Assembly (NCBI GenBank): GCA_905234595.1
Contig: CAJOID010000005.1
Coordinates: 4,856-68,855, forward strand
DNA length: 64,000 nucleotides
Reading direction: 5' to 3'
Source of the DNA: an uncultured Lachnospiraceae bacterium
Lineage (GTDB): Bacteria > Bacillota > Clostridia > Lachnospirales > Lachnospiraceae
Every line of letters starts with the position of its first letter. Position 1 is the first letter of the stretch. Shown here one piece after another: positions 18,641-29,630 of the stretch. The position numbers and the translations under genes were made by a program. Under the pieces are notes generated by a model. It was not told the origin of the DNA. It ran no database searches and was given only the letters and a program-made list of their open reading frames with translations.

Positions 18641-20371
18641 ATGAAACTTTTGGACAGAGTAAAAAACACATTCAGATATACGCAGACGCTCAGTAAGACT
18701 CACCCGTTTACTTTTGCGGTTCTGATCGCGGCCACGTTCTGCGGCTTTATGATGGCGCTTTGCGATGGATTCTTAAGCGGCATAAGCTGGATCAGTTCAA
18801 ACGAAAATACTGTCAACGAGGTATGGATACATCTGATCGTATGGCTCATCATGGTACTTTTTGCCGTTTTTCTGGTTGAGAATCTGATCGAAAAAGAAAG
18901 CATCAGGATCAAACTCGCCGTTACCGTTCCTGTAGCCATAGTCACATTTATTTTTGCCGGCGCGCTGACGGAATCCTGTATTCTCAAAACATTGTGCAGG
19001 AGTATTAAGTCCACAGTGGGTGAATCTCATTTGATCATGTATGCGGCGGGATACTTTATCATTCTTTTTCTGTTATCCTTGTTCCTGTGTTTCTGGAAGC
19101 TGGAAGAAAAGTATTCCTTCGGGGAGTACATCATGGGACTGATATCCGGTGGCTTTCTTATCAGCGTTGTCTACAGTGTGGTCAACATAGGGCTTATCGT
19201 GCTCACGTTTGTATTCACTGAGCTTCTGTTCGGAGATTTTGAAGATATATATCCCCCGCTGGCTGTACTGGTGACCGGTCTCTATCTGGGCGGCGCGGCT
19301 ATCGTTACCGTGACCGAAAGCCTTGAAGATATCCCCAAGTTTACCAATGTACTTTTCAGATACGTCCTGTACGGAATGTCACTGGCAGCTTATGTGATCG
19401 TGTATCTCTATATCATTAAGATACTCGTACTACAGGATTTCCCGTCAAACAGCGTGTTTGGTATACTGACGGCTCTGTTCTGTTTTTCCATACCGCTGGC
19501 GTACCTGAATATCGATAAGACAACCGGGGTTTTTGAGAAAATATCCCGGATACTGCCATATGTGTTCGCGCCTCTGATAATACTGCAGATCTATACGGTC
19601 GCTGTCAGGATCAGGCAGTACGGACTGACGGAGTCCAGATATCTGGGTATGGTCTTTATCGCATTTGAGATCGCATATATAGTCTGGTATGCACTTCGAA
19701 GGGACACCATAAAATACATTCCACTCGTACTGGCAGCACTGGTATGTCTACTCACATTTATGCCCGGGAGCAATATGCTGTCGTTTCCGAAGATCACACA
19801 GACTCTTACACTGAACAGGTATCTGAAATACGATGCCGGTGATCTGACGTCCACGGCCAGGAGGCGCATGTATTCGGCATACGATTATCTGCGAAATATC
19901 GATAACGGAAGCGATTACCTGAAAAAGCATTTTTCAGACAGTCAGCTCGAATTTATAAAAGAGAATACCTCGTCCGGTACCGGAAATGAAGATTATTATG
20001 ATTCGGCGGAGTATCGCAGATTTTCATGCGAGATAATGGAACTGTCTGTCGACGGATATAAGAGCATAACCGCGTTCGAGAACAGACGCTATGTGGATGA
20101 ATCCGCCCCCATGAACAGTATTCCGATATACAGGAGATCGATCGGTTATTATGGCAATGAAGGGAGCTCATTTGATATATTTGATGCAGAAGAACTGATA
20201 CGGATCATGACAGCGGATGATTATGAAAACACATATGACTCCGATGCTGCCGAGCCGCTTGTCTTTGATCAGGGAGGAAAGCACTTTGTCATCACGGAAG
20301 CAACTGTTTCGTATGATACGGTCACGGACGAGATCATAGGCGTGGATGTCTCGGGTCTGATGTTAAAATAA
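18641..20371 (+). CDS. DUF4153-like polytopic membrane protein
   Basis: Many TM helices; RIRQYGLTESRY motif; GGAGG RBS at 18641. Confidence 0.7.
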   Translation: MKLLDRVKNTFRYTQTLSKTHPFTFAVLIAATFCGFMMALCDGFLSGISWISSNENTVNEVWIHLIVWLIMVLFAVFLVENLIEKESIRIKLAVTVPVAIVTFIFAGALTESCILKTLCRSIKSTVGESHLIMYAAGYFIILFLLSLFLCFWKLEEKYSFGEYIMGLISGGFLISVVYSVVNIGLIVLTFVFTELLFGDFEDIYPPLAVLVTGLYLGGAAIVTVTESLEDIPKFTNVLFRYVLYGMSLAAYVIVYLYIIKILVLQDFPSNSVFGILTALFCFSIPLAYLNIDKTTGVFEKISRILPYVFAPLIILQIYTVAVRIRQYGLTESRYLGMVFIAFEIAYIVWYALRRDTIKYIPLVLAALVCLLTFMPGSNMLSFPKITQTLTLNRYLKYDAGDLTSTARRRMYSAYDYLRNIDNGSDYLKKHFSDSQLEFIKENTSSGTGNEDYYDSAEYRRFSCEIMELSVDGYKSITAFENRRYVDESAPMNSIPIYRRSIGYYGNEGSSFDIFDAEELIRIMTADDYENTYDSDAAEPLVFDQGGKHFVITEATVSYDTVTDEIIGVDVSGLMLK

Positions 20372-20380
20372 GGGAAAAAC

Positions 20381-22570
20381 ATGGATATATATAGAATAAT
20401 CGCAGAAGAGATAAAATGTGACAGATGGCAGGTTGAAGCAGCGGTCAAACTTATAGATGAGGGAAATACGATCCCTTTCATCTCGAGATACCGTAAGGAA
20501 GTAACCGGCAGTCTCGATGATTCCAGACTCAGGGCCTTAAATGAGCGTCTGGAATACCTGCGCAATCTGGAAGCGAGGAAAAAAGAAGTCATATCGCTGA
20601 TCGAAGAGCAGGGCAAACTGACCGGTGAACTTAAGACTCAGATCCTGGCTGCAGAGAAGCTCGTCACTGTCGAAGATCTCTACAGACCGTATAAGCAGAA
20701 GCGTAAAACCCGTGCGGACATAGCGAAGAAGCGCGGGCTTGAGCCTCTCGCGGACTTTATACTCGCGCAGACCACCGATAAGCCCGTGGAAGATGAGGCG
20801 GCTAAATATGTGACAGGTCAGATAAAACCCGCATCGGATTCCCCGTCGGATATCAAAGAAGCATCCGAGAAGGAAGTACCTGATATACAGGCAGCGATAT
20901 CCGGTGCTGAAGACATCATAGCCGAGCGTATCTCCGATGAGGCTGCGGTCAGGGAGCATATAAGGGCTGTTACCGCCAAAGACGGCGTGATCGTAACCAA
21001 GGCAAAGGATCCGGAGGCGGAAAGTGTATATACCATGTATTACGATTTCTCCGAGCCTGTTAAAAAAATAGCCGGACACCGTATACTGGCTATAAACCGG
21101 GGCGAAAGTGAAGGTGTTCTGTCTGTTTCGGTAGATGTGGATGACAATCCAATCCTTATTTATTTAAACAAGAAATACGTGCTCAGGGAAAATAAATATA
21201 CATCTCCGATCATCCGTGATGCATGTGCAGATGCATATTCCAGACTGATCCGGTCTTCTATAGAACGTGAGATCAGAGCGGAGCTTAAAGAAAAAGCCGA
21301 AGACAGTGCGATCAAGGTATTTGAGCAGAATTTAAACCAGCTTCTCATGCAGCCTCCGATCGCAGGATGTACCGTGCTGGGATGGGATCCTGCGTTCAGA
21401 ACGGGATGCAAGACAGCGGTTGTGGATGATACGGGCAAAGTGCTGGATACGGTGGTCGTATACCCTACAGCTCCCCACAATAAGGTTGATGAGACTAAGA
21501 AAATCATCAAAGGACTCATCAGTAAGTACGGTATCACGCTCATATCCATAGGAAACGGTACCGCATCAAGAGAATCAGAGCAGATCGTAGCAGATATGCT
21601 GAAGGAGATTCCCGGTCAGAACATACAGTATGTGATCACAAATGAAGCAGGTGCCAGCGTATACTCCGCAAGTAAACTCGCAAGCGAAGAATTCCCAACA
21701 TTTGATGTAGGACAGAGAAGTGCCGTATCCATAGCAAGACGCGTGCAGGATCCGCTTGCCGAGCTGGTGAAGATCGATCCCAAGTCCATCGGAGTCGGCC
21801 AGTATCAGCATGATATGAACCAGAAAAAACTCGGGAATGCCCTGGATGGTGTGGTTGAGGATGCCGTAAATAAAGTAGGAGTTGATCTGAACACTGCTTC
21901 AGCCTCCCTGCTTTCCCATATTTCCGGAATAACGGATACGATAGCCAAAAACATCGTGGCTTACCGTGAAGAACACGGAAAGTTCAGGGACCGCAAAGAG
22001 CTCATGAAAGTCGCAAAACTCGGCCCAAAGGCATATGAACAATGCGCCGGGTTCTGCAGGATAAACGGCGGCAAGGAGATACTTGATGCAACAAGTGTCC
22101 ATCCCGAATCTTATGCAGTAGCCCGCGAACTGCTTAACCGTATGGGCTGCCCGATAAGGGATGATAAGGCGATCACTGCGTTTGAGAAAAGCACAGACCT
22201 TAAGAAACTTGCAGAGGAACTTGGCTGCGGGGAGATAACCCTTAAGGATATCCTTGAAGAACTTAAGAAACCTGCCCGGGATCCCAGAGCCGATATGCCC
22301 AAACCTATCCTCAAATCAGATGTAATGGACTTAAAGGACCTTACACCCGGAATGAAGCTGAAGGGAACAGTCCGAAATGTCATTGATTTCGGCGCTTTTG
22401 TGGATATAGGTGTACATCAGGACGGACTTGTGCACATATCTCAGATGGCAGACAGGTATATCAGGCATCCTCTCGAGGTGGTATCGGTCGGAGATATAGT
22501 AGAAGTGACAGTCCTGGATGTTGACGAGAAAAAAGGCAGGATTTCACTGTCCATGAAGGGCAGCAACTGA
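20381..22570 (+). CDS. tex: Tex family RNA-binding transcription accessory protein
   Basis: GNTIPFISRYRKE, DPAFRTGCK, NEAGASVYSAS, IGVGQYQHD, C-terminal S1 domain. Confidence 0.95.
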   Translation: MDIYRIIAEEIKCDRWQVEAAVKLIDEGNTIPFISRYRKEVTGSLDDSRLRALNERLEYLRNLEARKKEVISLIEEQGKLTGELKTQILAAEKLVTVEDLYRPYKQKRKTRADIAKKRGLEPLADFILAQTTDKPVEDEAAKYVTGQIKPASDSPSDIKEASEKEVPDIQAAISGAEDIIAERISDEAAVREHIRAVTAKDGVIVTKAKDPEAESVYTMYYDFSEPVKKIAGHRILAINRGESEGVLSVSVDVDDNPILIYLNKKYVLRENKYTSPIIRDACADAYSRLIRSSIEREIRAELKEKAEDSAIKVFEQNLNQLLMQPPIAGCTVLGWDPAFRTGCKTAVVDDTGKVLDTVVVYPTAPHNKVDETKKIIKGLISKYGITLISIGNGTASRESEQIVADMLKEIPGQNIQYVITNEAGASVYSASKLASEEFPTFDVGQRSAVSIARRVQDPLAELVKIDPKSIGVGQYQHDMNQKKLGNALDGVVEDAVNKVGVDLNTASASLLSHISGITDTIAKNIVAYREEHGKFRDRKELMKVAKLGPKAYEQCAGFCRINGGKEILDATSVHPESYAVARELLNRMGCPIRDDKAITAFEKSTDLKKLAEELGCGEITLKDILEELKKPARDPRADMPKPILKSDVMDLKDLTPGMKLKGTVRNVIDFGAFVDIGVHQDGLVHISQMADRYIRHPLEVVSVGDIVEVTVLDVDEKKGRISLSMKGSN

Positions 22571-22589
22571 CAGATTACGGAGTAAGCAT

Positions 22590-23708
22590 ATGGGAGTGAT
22601 AGTTTCTGCGGGACATATATGTCTGGATATTACACCTGTGTTTCCTCATGGCAGAAAGTATGATGATATCTCATCTTTACTGATCCCCGGAAAACTGATA
22701 GCCATGGACCACGCTGATGTTCATACCGGCGGAAGCGTAGCCAATACGGGGCTGGCACTCAAGAAGCTGGGATGCGATGTGAGACTTCTTGGGAAAACAG
22801 GAGATGATCCTATTGGAGAGATCGTAAGAAGCATCGTTTCCGGTTACGGAGCCGGAGGCCTGATCGTTGATCCTGCTGTTTCCACATCCTATTCGGTAGT
22901 TCTTGCGATTCCCGGAGTAGACCGGGTTTTCCTTCATAATCCGGGTGCAAACGATACTTTCAGGAGCGCTGATATCCCTGACGAGGCTATAGAAGATGCC
23001 GATCTGTTTCATTTCGGATACCCGTCTCTTATGAAATGTATGTATGAAAGAGACGGCGAAGAGCTTGTTGAACTTCTTGAAAGAGTTAAATCCAAGGGTA
23101 TCGCCACCAGTCTGGATCTGGCTGCGGTCGATCCGGATTCCGAAGCGGGACGGATCGATTGGGACAGAGTTCTCAGGAAGGCTTTACCGTATGTTGATTT
23201 CTTCGTTCCCAGTTTTGAGGAATTGTGCTATATGCTTGACCGGGATAAATACCGGCATTTTGTTTCCCGCGGAAAAGATATGGCGGAGTGCATTGATATC
23301 GAAAAAGATGTCCGTCCGCTTGCTCTTAGATCCATAGAATACGGATGCAGAACAGTACTGATCAAATGCGGAGTCAGGGGAATGTTCTATCTTACATCTG
23401 ACAGTGAGGCAATATCAGGGATCGGGTGCAGACTGAAAATCGACATAAACAAGTGGAGCAATAAGTCCGGGTTGCAGAAATGCTATAAGGCGGATGAAGT
23501 CCGGTCCGGAACGGGCGCCGGAGATACAAGTATAGCTGCCTTTCTTGCTGCCGTGATGAAAGGCTATGAACCTGCCAGATGTGTATCGCTTGCCTGTGCG
23601 GAAGGTGCCTGTTGTGTGACATCCTACGATGCACTTGGAGGATTGCAGACTTTGGATGAACTTGAAGAGAGGATAGCAAACGGCTGGGATCTGATGGAGG
23701 ATATGTAA
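22590..23708 (+). CDS. PfkB-family carbohydrate kinase
   Basis: GGSVANTG..L.KLG, GTGAGDT. Confidence 0.9.
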   Translation: MGVIVSAGHICLDITPVFPHGRKYDDISSLLIPGKLIAMDHADVHTGGSVANTGLALKKLGCDVRLLGKTGDDPIGEIVRSIVSGYGAGGLIVDPAVSTSYSVVLAIPGVDRVFLHNPGANDTFRSADIPDEAIEDADLFHFGYPSLMKCMYERDGEELVELLERVKSKGIATSLDLAAVDPDSEAGRIDWDRVLRKALPYVDFFVPSFEELCYMLDRDKYRHFVSRGKDMAECIDIEKDVRPLALRSIEYGCRTVLIKCGVRGMFYLTSDSEAISGIGCRLKIDINKWSNKSGLQKCYKADEVRSGTGAGDTSIAAFLAAVMKGYEPARCVSLACAEGACCVTSYDALGGLQTLDELEERIANGWDLMEDM

Positions 23709-24547
23709 TGCTTGTAAATATGCGCGAAATGCTTAAGTCAGCTGAAAAAGAAGGCTATGGTATCGGTTTTTTCAATGCTGTTAATGTTGAAATGGCAAGA
23801 GCTGTGATCGAAACGGCAGAAGAGATGAATTCTCCCGTTATCATAGGAACCGCGGAAATACTGCTTCCGATGATGGAACTGCAAAATGTGGCAGATTATC
23901 TGATCCCAATGGCCGGCAGAGCTTCCGTGCCGGTATGTGTGCATTATGACCACGGCCTGACATATGACAGATGCATGGAAGCACTGGCTCTGGGCTTTAC
24001 TTCCATAATGTATGACTGTTCGACTCTTTCATACGAAGAAAACGTCAGAAGAGTATCCGAAATGGTAAGCATATGTCATGAGAAGGATGTGACCGTGGAA
24101 GGTGAGCTCGGTCATGTGGGAGATAATGAAGGGCCCGGGAGGATTCTTAAGCCTGAGGATCTCTTTACCGATCCGGATCAGGCAGTCGACTATGTTTCCC
24201 GGACAGGAGTTGATGCTCTGGCTGTAGCAGTCGGGAACGCTCACGGGGATTATAAGTTCCCACCCAAACTTGATTTTGACCGGATCAGGACCATCTCCGA
24301 GCGCACAGGGGTTCCGCTTGTCCTACACGGGGGAAGCGGACTGGCTGATGATGACTTCAGGCGGGCTGTCAGGGAAGGTGTCAGAAAGATCAATATTTTC
24401 ACGGATCTGGACAAGGCCGGCAAGAAGGGCGCAGAGGAAGCCATCAGTAATGGGGTCTCTGCTCTGAGCGGTATAATGGCTTATGAGATCGATGCCATGA
24501 AGGCGGTGGTTAAGGAAAAGATATCCTTGTTCAGAGGCGGATATTGA
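23708..24547 (+). CDS. Class II fructose/tagatose-bisphosphate aldolase
   Basis: HYDHG, EGELGHVG, GNAHG, LVLHGGSG, KINIFT. Confidence 0.9.
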   Translation: MLVNMREMLKSAEKEGYGIGFFNAVNVEMARAVIETAEEMNSPVIIGTAEILLPMMELQNVADYLIPMAGRASVPVCVHYDHGLTYDRCMEALALGFTSIMYDCSTLSYEENVRRVSEMVSICHEKDVTVEGELGHVGDNEGPGRILKPEDLFTDPDQAVDYVSRTGVDALAVAVGNAHGDYKFPPKLDFDRIRTISERTGVPLVLHGGSGLADDDFRRAVREGVRKINIFTDLDKAGKKGAEEAISNGVSALSGIMAYEIDAMKAVVKEKISLFRGGY

Positions 24548-24559
24548 AGGGGAATGTAA

Positions 24560-25312
24560 ATGAACATAAGAACAGAAGAGTTTTATATCGACAGTGACGG
24601 GATCCGTCTTCATGCGAAGCTGGACTTCCCGGAAGGTGTGGAAAAGGGACCGCTGTGCATACTGATACACGGATTCACCGGTCATATGGAGGAAGAGCAC
24701 ATCATAGCCGCGCAGAAAGCCATAAATGAGGCAGGGGTTATAGTCCTGAGAGCAGAGATGTATGGTCATGGCGGGAGCGACGGAAGGTTTAAGGATCATA
24801 CATTGTACAAATGGGTTACCAATGCACTTTCTGTTGTAGAGTATGCCAGGAATCTGGACTACGTAACAGATCTGTATCTTTGCGGACATTCGCAGGGAGG
24901 GCTGCTTACCATGCTCATCGGAGGCATGTGTCCTGATGATTTCAAAGCGATAATCCCCCTTTCTCCGGCCTGGATGATACCGGAAGATGCTAGAAAAGGT
25001 TCGGTACTGGGGACATCGTTTGATCCGCAGCATATTCCGGAAGTGATAGTATCCACGGATGATTGGGAGCTTGGCGGCGATTATATTCGTGTGGCGCAGA
25101 CCATACACGTGGAAGATGAGATAGCCAGATATAACGGTCCTGTCCTGATCATACACGGTGATGATGATGAAGCCGTACCTTATTCGATCGCGCCCAAGGC
25201 GGCCGGATTATACAAAAACGCGAAACTGATAACCATAGCAGGAGACGATCATTGCTATACGAGACATCTGGATCAGGTAACGGAAGCCTTGACCTCATTT
25301 TTTCAAAAATAA
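24560..25312 (+). CDS. Alpha/beta hydrolase, feruloyl/cinnamoyl esterase of the Butyrivibrio Est1E/CinI type
   Basis: PLCILIHGFTGH.EE.HI, GHSQGG, IPLSPA.MIPE, HGD.DEAVPY, GDDHCY. Confidence 0.8.
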   Translation: MNIRTEEFYIDSDGIRLHAKLDFPEGVEKGPLCILIHGFTGHMEEEHIIAAQKAINEAGVIVLRAEMYGHGGSDGRFKDHTLYKWVTNALSVVEYARNLDYVTDLYLCGHSQGGLLTMLIGGMCPDDFKAIIPLSPAWMIPEDARKGSVLGTSFDPQHIPEVIVSTDDWELGGDYIRVAQTIHVEDEIARYNGPVLIIHGDDDEAVPYSIAPKAAGLYKNAKLITIAGDDHCYTRHLDQVTEALTSFFQK

Positions 25313-25336
25313 ACCTTATCGGAGGCACTTATAAAA

Positions 25337-25882
25337 ATGGAACTATATGACGGAAGACCGCAGGATATGACAGGCAGACTGCCGAGAGAAGTGCGTACAT
25401 ATGATTATCTTGATGATCTGGGGATCAAATATCAGCGGACAGATCATGAGGCAGCCGACAATATGGAAGCCTGTAATGAGATAGATGCGATACTCGGCGT
25501 GGTGATCTGTAAGAATCTGTTCCTGTGTAATCGTCAGAAGACCAGTTTTTATCTGTTGATGATGCCGGGAGACAAGAAGTTTAAGACTAAGGAACTGTCG
25601 GCACAGATAGGTTCCTCAAGGCTGTCGTTTGCGGATCCTGAAGACATGCTTAAGTACCTGGACATAGAACCTGGAGCAGTGAGTATCATGGGACTGATGA
25701 ATGATAAGGATCATCAGGTACATCTGCTGATAGATGAGGATGTGCTTGAGGGAGATTATCTGGGATGTCATCCTTGTGTATGTACATCAAGTCTGAAGAT
25801 GAAAACATCCGATGTAGTGGAGAGATTCCTGCCGTCAACCGGACATACATTTCAGGTTGTACATCTGGTTGGAGAAGACTAA
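25337..25882 (+). CDS. YbaK/PrdX (ProXp-ala) aminoacyl-tRNA editing protein
   Basis: CKNLFL, RLSFA, PGAVS.MGL.ND, HPC..TSSL. Confidence 0.85.
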   Translation: MELYDGRPQDMTGRLPREVRTYDYLDDLGIKYQRTDHEAADNMEACNEIDAILGVVICKNLFLCNRQKTSFYLLMMPGDKKFKTKELSAQIGSSRLSFADPEDMLKYLDIEPGAVSIMGLMNDKDHQVHLLIDEDVLEGDYLGCHPCVCTSSLKMKTSDVVERFLPSTGHTFQVVHLVGED

Positions 25883-25899
25883 GACAGTCAGGTATAATA

Positions 25900-26205
25900 A
25901 TGAGTGAAGTTAAGCGTGAATGGTCGATGGCAAAAGACCGCCTCGTATCAGCCATTAAACATCTGGGTTTTCCCGCAGCACTTGGTGAACAGATAGCGGT
26001 GCAGCTCGGAAGCCCAAAGGCAATGGAAAGAATGCTGGCATATTTAAACTATGTTAAGCCACGAAGTGAAGAACTGATAGTGGATGAGATGCTGGCCATA
26101 TGCAGTGATATAGATGCCTGGAAAGCCAAAAAGGCAGCCGAAGAAGCCAATGTCAGGTACAATGAGATATTGTACTACGGACTTGGGAATGACGAAGAGG
26201 AATAG
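25900..26205 (+). CDS. Conserved hypothetical protein (start uncertain, 25900 or 25927)
   Basis: Co-oriented ORF filling the gap; LGFP..LG..IA..LGSPKAM.RM..YL pattern. Confidence 0.6.
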   Translation: MSEVKREWSMAKDRLVSAIKHLGFPAALGEQIAVQLGSPKAMERMLAYLNYVKPRSEELIVDEMLAICSDIDAWKAKKAAEEANVRYNEILYYGLGNDEEE

Positions 26206-26244
26206 AAAACAGCAGTTGATCTTTGATAAAACGGGAGGGAAGTC

Positions 26245-27381
26245 ATGATTTATAAAGATTTTCAGGGATTGAAACTGTCGGCACTTGGCCTGGGAAATAT
26301 GAGATTACCGGTCATAAACGGTGATGACAGCCGAATAGACAAGGAAGCTGTCCGTGAGATGGTGAAATACTGCATGGATTCCGGTATCAATTACTATGAT
26401 ACTGCATATGGATACCATGGCGGCAACTCTGAGCTGGTAGTAGGAGAATTACTGGAGAGTTATGACCGGAACAGTTTTTATCTGGCCAATAAGTTCCCCG
26501 GATATGATCTCTCCAATATGCCGAAGGTAAAGGAAATCTTCGAAGAGCAGCTGAAGAAGTGCCGTGTGGATTATTTTGACTTCTATATGTTTCACAATGT
26601 ATGTGAAATGAACATAAACCAGTATCTGGATCCGAAGTACGGTATTTTTGATTATCTGATCGAGCAGAAGAAGAACGGCCGGATAAAGCATCTGGGTTTC
26701 TCGGCGCATGGAGATATCGAATGCATGACGAGGTTTTTGGATGCATATGGCAGGGACATGGAGTTTTGCCAGATCGAGCTTAATTATTTTGACTATAAGT
26801 TCCAGGATGCAAAAGGCAAGGTGGATCTTTTGCGTAAATGGAATATCCCCGTATGGGTAATGGAACCGGTCAGAGGCGGACAGCTTGCCACACTTTCGGA
26901 AGAGGATGCGGCTAAGCTTAAAGAGGCGAGACCGGACGAAGGTATTCCGGCATGGGCTTTCAGATTTCTTCAGAGCATTCCGGAAGTGACGGTTATTCTT
27001 TCGGGCATGTCCGATATGGATCAGGTTAAGGCAAATATCAGTACGTTTGAAGAATCCAAACCGTTAAATGAGAGAGAAATGTCACTGATACTGGGAATTG
27101 CGGATGAAATGATAAGCAGGACCACGGTACCGTGTACAGGTTGCCATTACTGTGTATCTCATTGCCCTAAGGGGCTTGATATCCCGTTCCTGCTTAAACT
27201 GTACAATGAAGCGGTGGTTGCAGGGTCAGGGGATTTCATAGCGCCTATGGCTCTGGCTTCAATAGATGCAGATAAACAGCCTGAATGCTGTATATCCTGT
27301 CACAGCTGTGAGAAAGTATGCCCTCAGACTATACATATTCCCGAACATTTGAGCAGATTTGCCGCAAGAATGGGTAGATGA
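26245..27381 (+). CDS. Aldo/keto reductase with a C-terminal 4Fe-4S dicluster domain
   Basis: LGLGNMRLP, YYDTAYGY, VMEPVRGG, CTGCHYC..CP and CISCHSC..CP. Confidence 0.9.
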   Translation: MIYKDFQGLKLSALGLGNMRLPVINGDDSRIDKEAVREMVKYCMDSGINYYDTAYGYHGGNSELVVGELLESYDRNSFYLANKFPGYDLSNMPKVKEIFEEQLKKCRVDYFDFYMFHNVCEMNINQYLDPKYGIFDYLIEQKKNGRIKHLGFSAHGDIECMTRFLDAYGRDMEFCQIELNYFDYKFQDAKGKVDLLRKWNIPVWVMEPVRGGQLATLSEEDAAKLKEARPDEGIPAWAFRFLQSIPEVTVILSGMSDMDQVKANISTFEESKPLNEREMSLILGIADEMISRTTVPCTGCHYCVSHCPKGLDIPFLLKLYNEAVVAGSGDFIAPMALASIDADKQPECCISCHSCEKVCPQTIHIPEHLSRFAARMGR

Positions 27382-27402
27382 TGAGGGGTAAGGAGGATAC
27401 TT

Positions 27403-27780
27403 ATGAGCCTGATAATGCTGGTAGATGATGATGCGGACATGATTAAGCTGACCGAACGGTGGATAGTTAAGGCCGGTCATGAAACCATATGCGCCACGTC
27501 CGGTCCGGAAGCACTGGATATGCTTAAAGCTGCAAAGCCTGATCTGATCGTGCTTGATTATGCCATGTCCGGGATGGACGGCCCCGCAGTGTTTCGGGCA
27601 CTTGCAGCTGACGATGCCACAAAAGATATCCCGGTCATATTCAGGACCGGAATAGAAGACAGTGAGTCGGAGACGATTCTTAAAGAACTGTCTCCTGCGG
27701 GTGTGATATCCAAGGCGGAAGGGAGGACCGGATTACTCCGTATCATCAATGACGTGATGAAGCGACATCCTGAAAAGTGA
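27403..27780 (+). CDS. Single-domain response regulator (CheY-like)
   Basis: LVDDD, PDLIVLDY.M..MDG, IPVIF.T, K. Confidence 0.9.
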   Translation: MSLIMLVDDDADMIKLTERWIVKAGHETICATSGPEALDMLKAAKPDLIVLDYAMSGMDGPAVFRALAADDATKDIPVIFRTGIEDSESETILKELSPAGVISKAEGRTGLLRIINDVMKRHPEK

Positions 27781-29460
27781 TTCCGCAAAAAACCTGTCTA
27801 TCGAATCGAGAAGAGAATCTTTAGATAGGGTTTTTAAGAGATATCCGTCAGGCTTATAGTGAAGAATGCTGTAGACATGATCCCTGTCATTTTTTCCTGT
27901 GAGGAATATGATGGGGATCATCCGTGTTTCTGGATCGTTCCGGAGTTTTCCCATCAGTTCGTATCCATCCATTTCCGGCATTTCGTAATCCAGAAGTATC
28001 AGGTCGGGTTTAACCATCGACAGCCCGCTCATCATCTCATTTGCACCGGTGAAGCCTGACACACTGTAATGAGGTGCAAGCCATCTCTCGATCACAGATC
28101 TGTAATCCGGATCGTCGTCAACAACGAAGATCGTTTTTACACGATGGTAATCACTGAGGAGCTCGGAATAGTACTCCATATCATCCAGGAATCCGGCAGG
28201 TTCCACCGGCCTCGGGTATGTATGGGTGACTCTTCCGGCACCTTTTGATTCCATAGCCAGCTCTATATCATTTACATCGCCGGTCAGGCACAGAAGCTTG
28301 GAATCGTCCTGACAGAGCTCCCCCAGCAGATTCATCGTAATGCTGATGTGTGAATCATCATATGTTTCGGGATAGTATATGATAATATCGGTATCAAATC
28401 TGTGGTTGATGATCGCGTCGGGACTGTCCGGGACCGAAACAACGTTAAATCCGCCGTCACTCAGGTTTTTCTCGATTCCTTTTGCGACTATTCCCTGGCT
28501 TGATTTGATGAAGAGTACGGACCGGCTGTGATCTGCGGCAACCATCTCTTTCGGAGTCTCTTTGGCCTGATCAGCCGCATCAGTCATGATCTGCCGGATA
28601 TCTTCATCCTCCATCAGCGGCTCAAGAAGCTTATTGAATCGTCTGTACTCTGCGAGCAGCTCGGGAGTCTTTTCATTGATCCGGTTGTAGTCCTTTTTAT
28701 CGGCACATTTTTCCATCTCGGATGCCATTTCGCTCAGGTTTTTGGCACCGATCAGCAATGACATACTCTTCAAAGAGTGAATTGCCAGCCTGTACATATT
28801 CCAATCGTTCTGGTCCTCATAATATGCGATATCGTCAGCCTTGTCGTTTATGGAAGAGCGGAAAACATAGAGCGCATCAACATAGTCCTCGGCACTGCCG
28901 CATCCTCTGATACCCGCATTCAAGTCGATATGAGGTACTATCTTCAGCCATAGAGGAAGCTTATCAAGTTCATCCTTTACCGCGTTGTCGTCAAGATATA
29001 CCATTGAATCGCTGCCGGGATCCGAACCGGTACCCGCATCCGGACCGCCGTCTTCGCCGGACCCGGACGTATCATTCAGCTGTGGAAGATATGTAAGGAT
29101 GAGCTCCGAGAGCTGTTCGGGAGTTACGGGTTTGATCAGTACATCCGCAAATCCCGCAGCTTTATAGAGATTGATATTATCGCGGCCTTCTTCCACGGTG
29201 TGGCAGATGACCGGTATACTCCTGCCCTGCTCCTTAAATATCTCTTTCATCCGGATGAGAGTGTCCACTCCATCCAGACCAGGCATACGGTGATCCAGCA
29301 GGATCAGGTCATAGTCGTTGCTGCGGACCATATCCAGACCGGCATATCCTCCATCGGCCTGATCCGACATTACACCTCTCGATGCAAGAAGCGACGAAAG
29401 TATCATCCTGTTGACCGGCAGGTCATCTATGATGAGCACCCGGGATGAGTTTTTTTCCAT
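27733..29460 (-). CDS. Multi-domain phosphorelay protein REC-Hpt-(pseudo-REC)-REC
   Basis: N-terminal REC (IIDD/LLDHRMP), Hpt (HSLKSMSLLIGA), degenerate REC, C-terminal REC (VVDDD/LLDYEMP). Confidence 0.8.
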   Translation of the reverse strand: MEKNSSRVLIIDDLPVNRMILSSLLASRGVMSDQADGGYAGLDMVRSNDYDLILLDHRMPGLDGVDTLIRMKEIFKEQGRSIPVICHTVEEGRDNINLYKAAGFADVLIKPVTPEQLSELILTYLPQLNDTSGSGEDGGPDAGTGSDPGSDSMVYLDDNAVKDELDKLPLWLKIVPHIDLNAGIRGCGSAEDYVDALYVFRSSINDKADDIAYYEDQNDWNMYRLAIHSLKSMSLLIGAKNLSEMASEMEKCADKKDYNRINEKTPELLAEYRRFNKLLEPLMEDEDIRQIMTDAADQAKETPKEMVAADHSRSVLFIKSSQGIVAKGIEKNLSDGGFNVVSVPDSPDAIINHRFDTDIIIYYPETYDDSHISITMNLLGELCQDDSKLLCLTGDVNDIELAMESKGAGRVTHTYPRPVEPAGFLDDMEYYSELLSDYHRVKTIFVVDDDPDYRSVIERWLAPHYSVSGFTGANEMMSGLSMVKPDLILLDYEMPEMDGYELMGKLRNDPETRMIPIIFLTGKNDRDHVYSILHYKPDGYLLKTLSKDSLLDSIDRFFAESLFRMSLHHVIDDTE

Positions 29461-29630
29461 ACTTGATCATTCCTTCTGTTTACATGGACTTTTCAACCAG
29501 TTCAGTATACCATTTCAACTCCCGAGGTGTCCACTTTATAGAGGAGTCTTTGCTTAGAGAACAATTGTTTTATTCACGCATATTAAGTATAATTCATAGT
29601 GATATCCATATGCGAAGGGAGATGACTTAT

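Noticed and set aside
24323-25156. 277-aa minus-strand ORF
   Set aside because: Antisense to the well-supported aldolase and esterase genes; no motifs
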